This document shows positions 61,726-64,000 of a stretch of DNA of 64,000 nt, in pieces. Numbering within the stretch: position 1 is the stretch's first letter; every line of letters begins with the position of its first letter. Source of the DNA: Bispira polyomma (taxonomy: Eukaryota); assembly GCA_965649765.1 (NCBI GenBank), contig OZ287748.1:32984001-33048000 (forward strand), read 5' to 3'. The notes beneath the pieces were generated by a model. It was given only the letters and a program-made list of their open reading frames with translations. It did not search any database and was not told the origin of the DNA. Made by a program: the position numbers and the translations under genes.

Positions 61726-64000
61726 AATAACTGATTGCTGATATACAATTAAACTACATCTTTAAACTCAAGGTCTAAATTCTAAGGTTTGACAGAGGCT
61801 TGGACTGGCCTTTGTGATTATTTTTACCACTCCATTGGCCTGTAACTCCTAATTTTTTATTATTCATTGTTGTATCATAAGTCAACTTTCGTTTTTATTT
61901 TCCACAAATAGAAATACAGTCACTTAATATTAACTAATGATATGAACTGGGAAAATATAGTTTTACATTGTAAACCTGGACATTAGCTTTAAACACACAC
62001 TGATATGAAAAGTAATTTCAAATAAATAAACTATGTAGCTTTACCTAAACTGCCAATTAACATGAGCCCCCAAACACTAACCTTTTTGATCCATAATCCT
62101 CAGTCTACCTCTTCCAGCTGAGTTATAAAACTTCCTCTCTTAACACAATACAACATTATTTAATATCCAATGCCTGCAAGCCACTGAAAAATGAACCTGA
62201 AAAAGTTTTTTTTTTGTTATAAATCCCAACAACTGAGGAGGAGCCAGCGTATATGTGTACATTATGGGTATACCAACGAGACCAGACACCAAGTACAACT
62301 CTTCTGCAATGTCTGTGTTTTTGGCCATATCTCTTCTGGGTGATAATCCCTTCCATTTAGATGGTAAACAAAAATGCTCTTGGCTTGTACCAAAAAAGCA
62401 ACAGAGACAACAATATATATTTTGCATATTAGCAGACTCCATGAGGTGGATTTTTGCTCATTAAACAAGGTACTTTGTTCAATCAATAACCATGTTACTT
62501 CATCTTGCATCTATTTGATTTTCCCAGCACATGCTTTTTTTTACATATTCTAGTCGATACAGGTATTTGAATAATGAGCTTGCAGATAGATTTCTTTTTA
62601 TTGTTTTCTCTTTTTTGCACCTGTGAATTTTATGGTGGTTTTGTTTGTATTTACTACATTTAAAAATGCTGGTGTATTTCAACTGTATATAATAATTGAT
62701 ATACTGCAGTACTGAAAACTGCATAAATTCAAATTAGTTATTTTACACGCCTGAATCAATGCTTTAACCAGAATGTTAGCCAATTGTAGCATTTTTACTT
62801 ACAATAGTGCCTAGTAAATAAGCCAACAAATTACTAAGAGTAAATCACTCATTACTCATCACTCACAGCCAATTTCTATAGCTTTCAGCTGAAAAGCACT
62901 TGCACAGTAGACTTTGTCATTTGAAGTCATTTAGTGTGATGAGTACGAGTGACAATCACAGTTAAATCTTTACAATTCCAACAGCTGGTGTATTACCAGT
63001 CAATACAATGTACTGAGTGACCTTACAGAGATAGAGCCTAGGTGACTGTCAAGCCTTCAACTGATTGCATTCTTTGCTGAGTAAAATAAATCCTTGAGAA
63101 CTCAATCAAATAAGCAAAACATATTATTATTGCCTTGAGGATTTTTCTTTCATGTGTTATAATTTTTGATGAGAAATGCTGTATGAGATACATGCTTCAA
63201 AATTAACCACAATACACTAAATACATAGGTACAGAAAAAAATCTGTTTATCCGCTCTCTGTTTGTCTAAAAATTAGGAGTAACCAAACTGAATTGATGTC
63301 CCCCAATTTTTTAAATTGTTTAAACGATAATAGTAGATTTTAACGAAATATTCAGTCACTCTGTTAGGGCTCATAATATAAAGCAATAGAAACAACAAAC
63401 ACCCTTTCTCCATACAAACATGTACAAAATCTTTAATTTTTGTCCATTTGGTCACTCGATCCTTTATCACTATCTGGGTTTTCTGTGTATCCGAATGTTC
63501 AATTTATCTAAACAAAAGTGATTTCTCCAAGCGGCGTTCAGATAAACAGACTAATTCAGTATTTACTATGGTGTACCTTGTTTTGCTCGGTTGTCCTCAT
63601 ATTAAAAGTAAATTTTAACCATTGATTTTTATTTTGTGGTAAGGTACACAACGCTATGACCATCAGTACTCTACAGTGTTCTAGTTTATATAACAATAAT
63701 ACCACAATGTACTCCTCAATGACAGATTCTTAAAAATATCTCCCACCATCATGATTTATAACCTTAATTTGCGCCAATTAGCAAGCATGGAGAGGTTCTG
63801 AGAACTTGTAAATAAGGACTCGTGATTGATCCTTGCTAAACGGCTGTAGTCAGGGTAGACTACTAATAATACTGCTCCTGTATAGAACTTTTCTGGTCAG
63901 GCCATGATTTTTTGCAAGCCTAAATGGGTCCTGATGAGTCCTGGTGAATCGTAGCCAAGTTGGAAGGCATTGTAGGTCCATCATAAGTCTGATCCAGATG

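Noticed and set aside
62140-62724. Overlapping short ORFs
   Set aside because: No domain, splice support or coding signature recognised.
63790-64000. Possible end of a minus-strand coding exon entering from the right (HLDQTYDGPTMPSNLATIHQDSSGPI*)
   Set aside because: Too short and cut by the window edge; two frames are open and neither is identifiable.

Overview
AT-rich eukaryotic (invertebrate, probably lophotrochozoan-like; inferred from repeat families and protein motifs) genomic scaffold with one 200-N gap. There are no prokaryotic features and no CRISPR array. Supported genes: (1) a four-coding-exon secreted protein with signal peptide, coiled coil, a long Ser/Thr/Gly/Asp tandem repeat and a C-terminal C1q domain (+, 4611-7962; its first and last exons are absent from the ORF track); (2) a single-coding-exon C2H2 zinc-finger protein with a distinct N-terminal globular motif (-, 10120-11820); (3,4) two convergent paralogous LRR-Ig-TM receptors with uninterrupted CDSs (18924-20777 +, 24426-26594 -) separated by a ~52-bp minisatellite. 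The left edge carries an open gag-like ORF of a DIRS/Ngaro-type retrotransposon. The right ~37 kb is gene-poor and holds SINEs, LINE 3' ends, MITEs, a 5S rDNA array fragment, a probable TNF-receptor pseudogene and strong candidate micro-exons on the minus strand. I see no evidence for a wholly new multi-gene system; the most novel items are unusual protein architectures and cryptic exons. Family assignments are from motif recognition by eye and need database confirmation.
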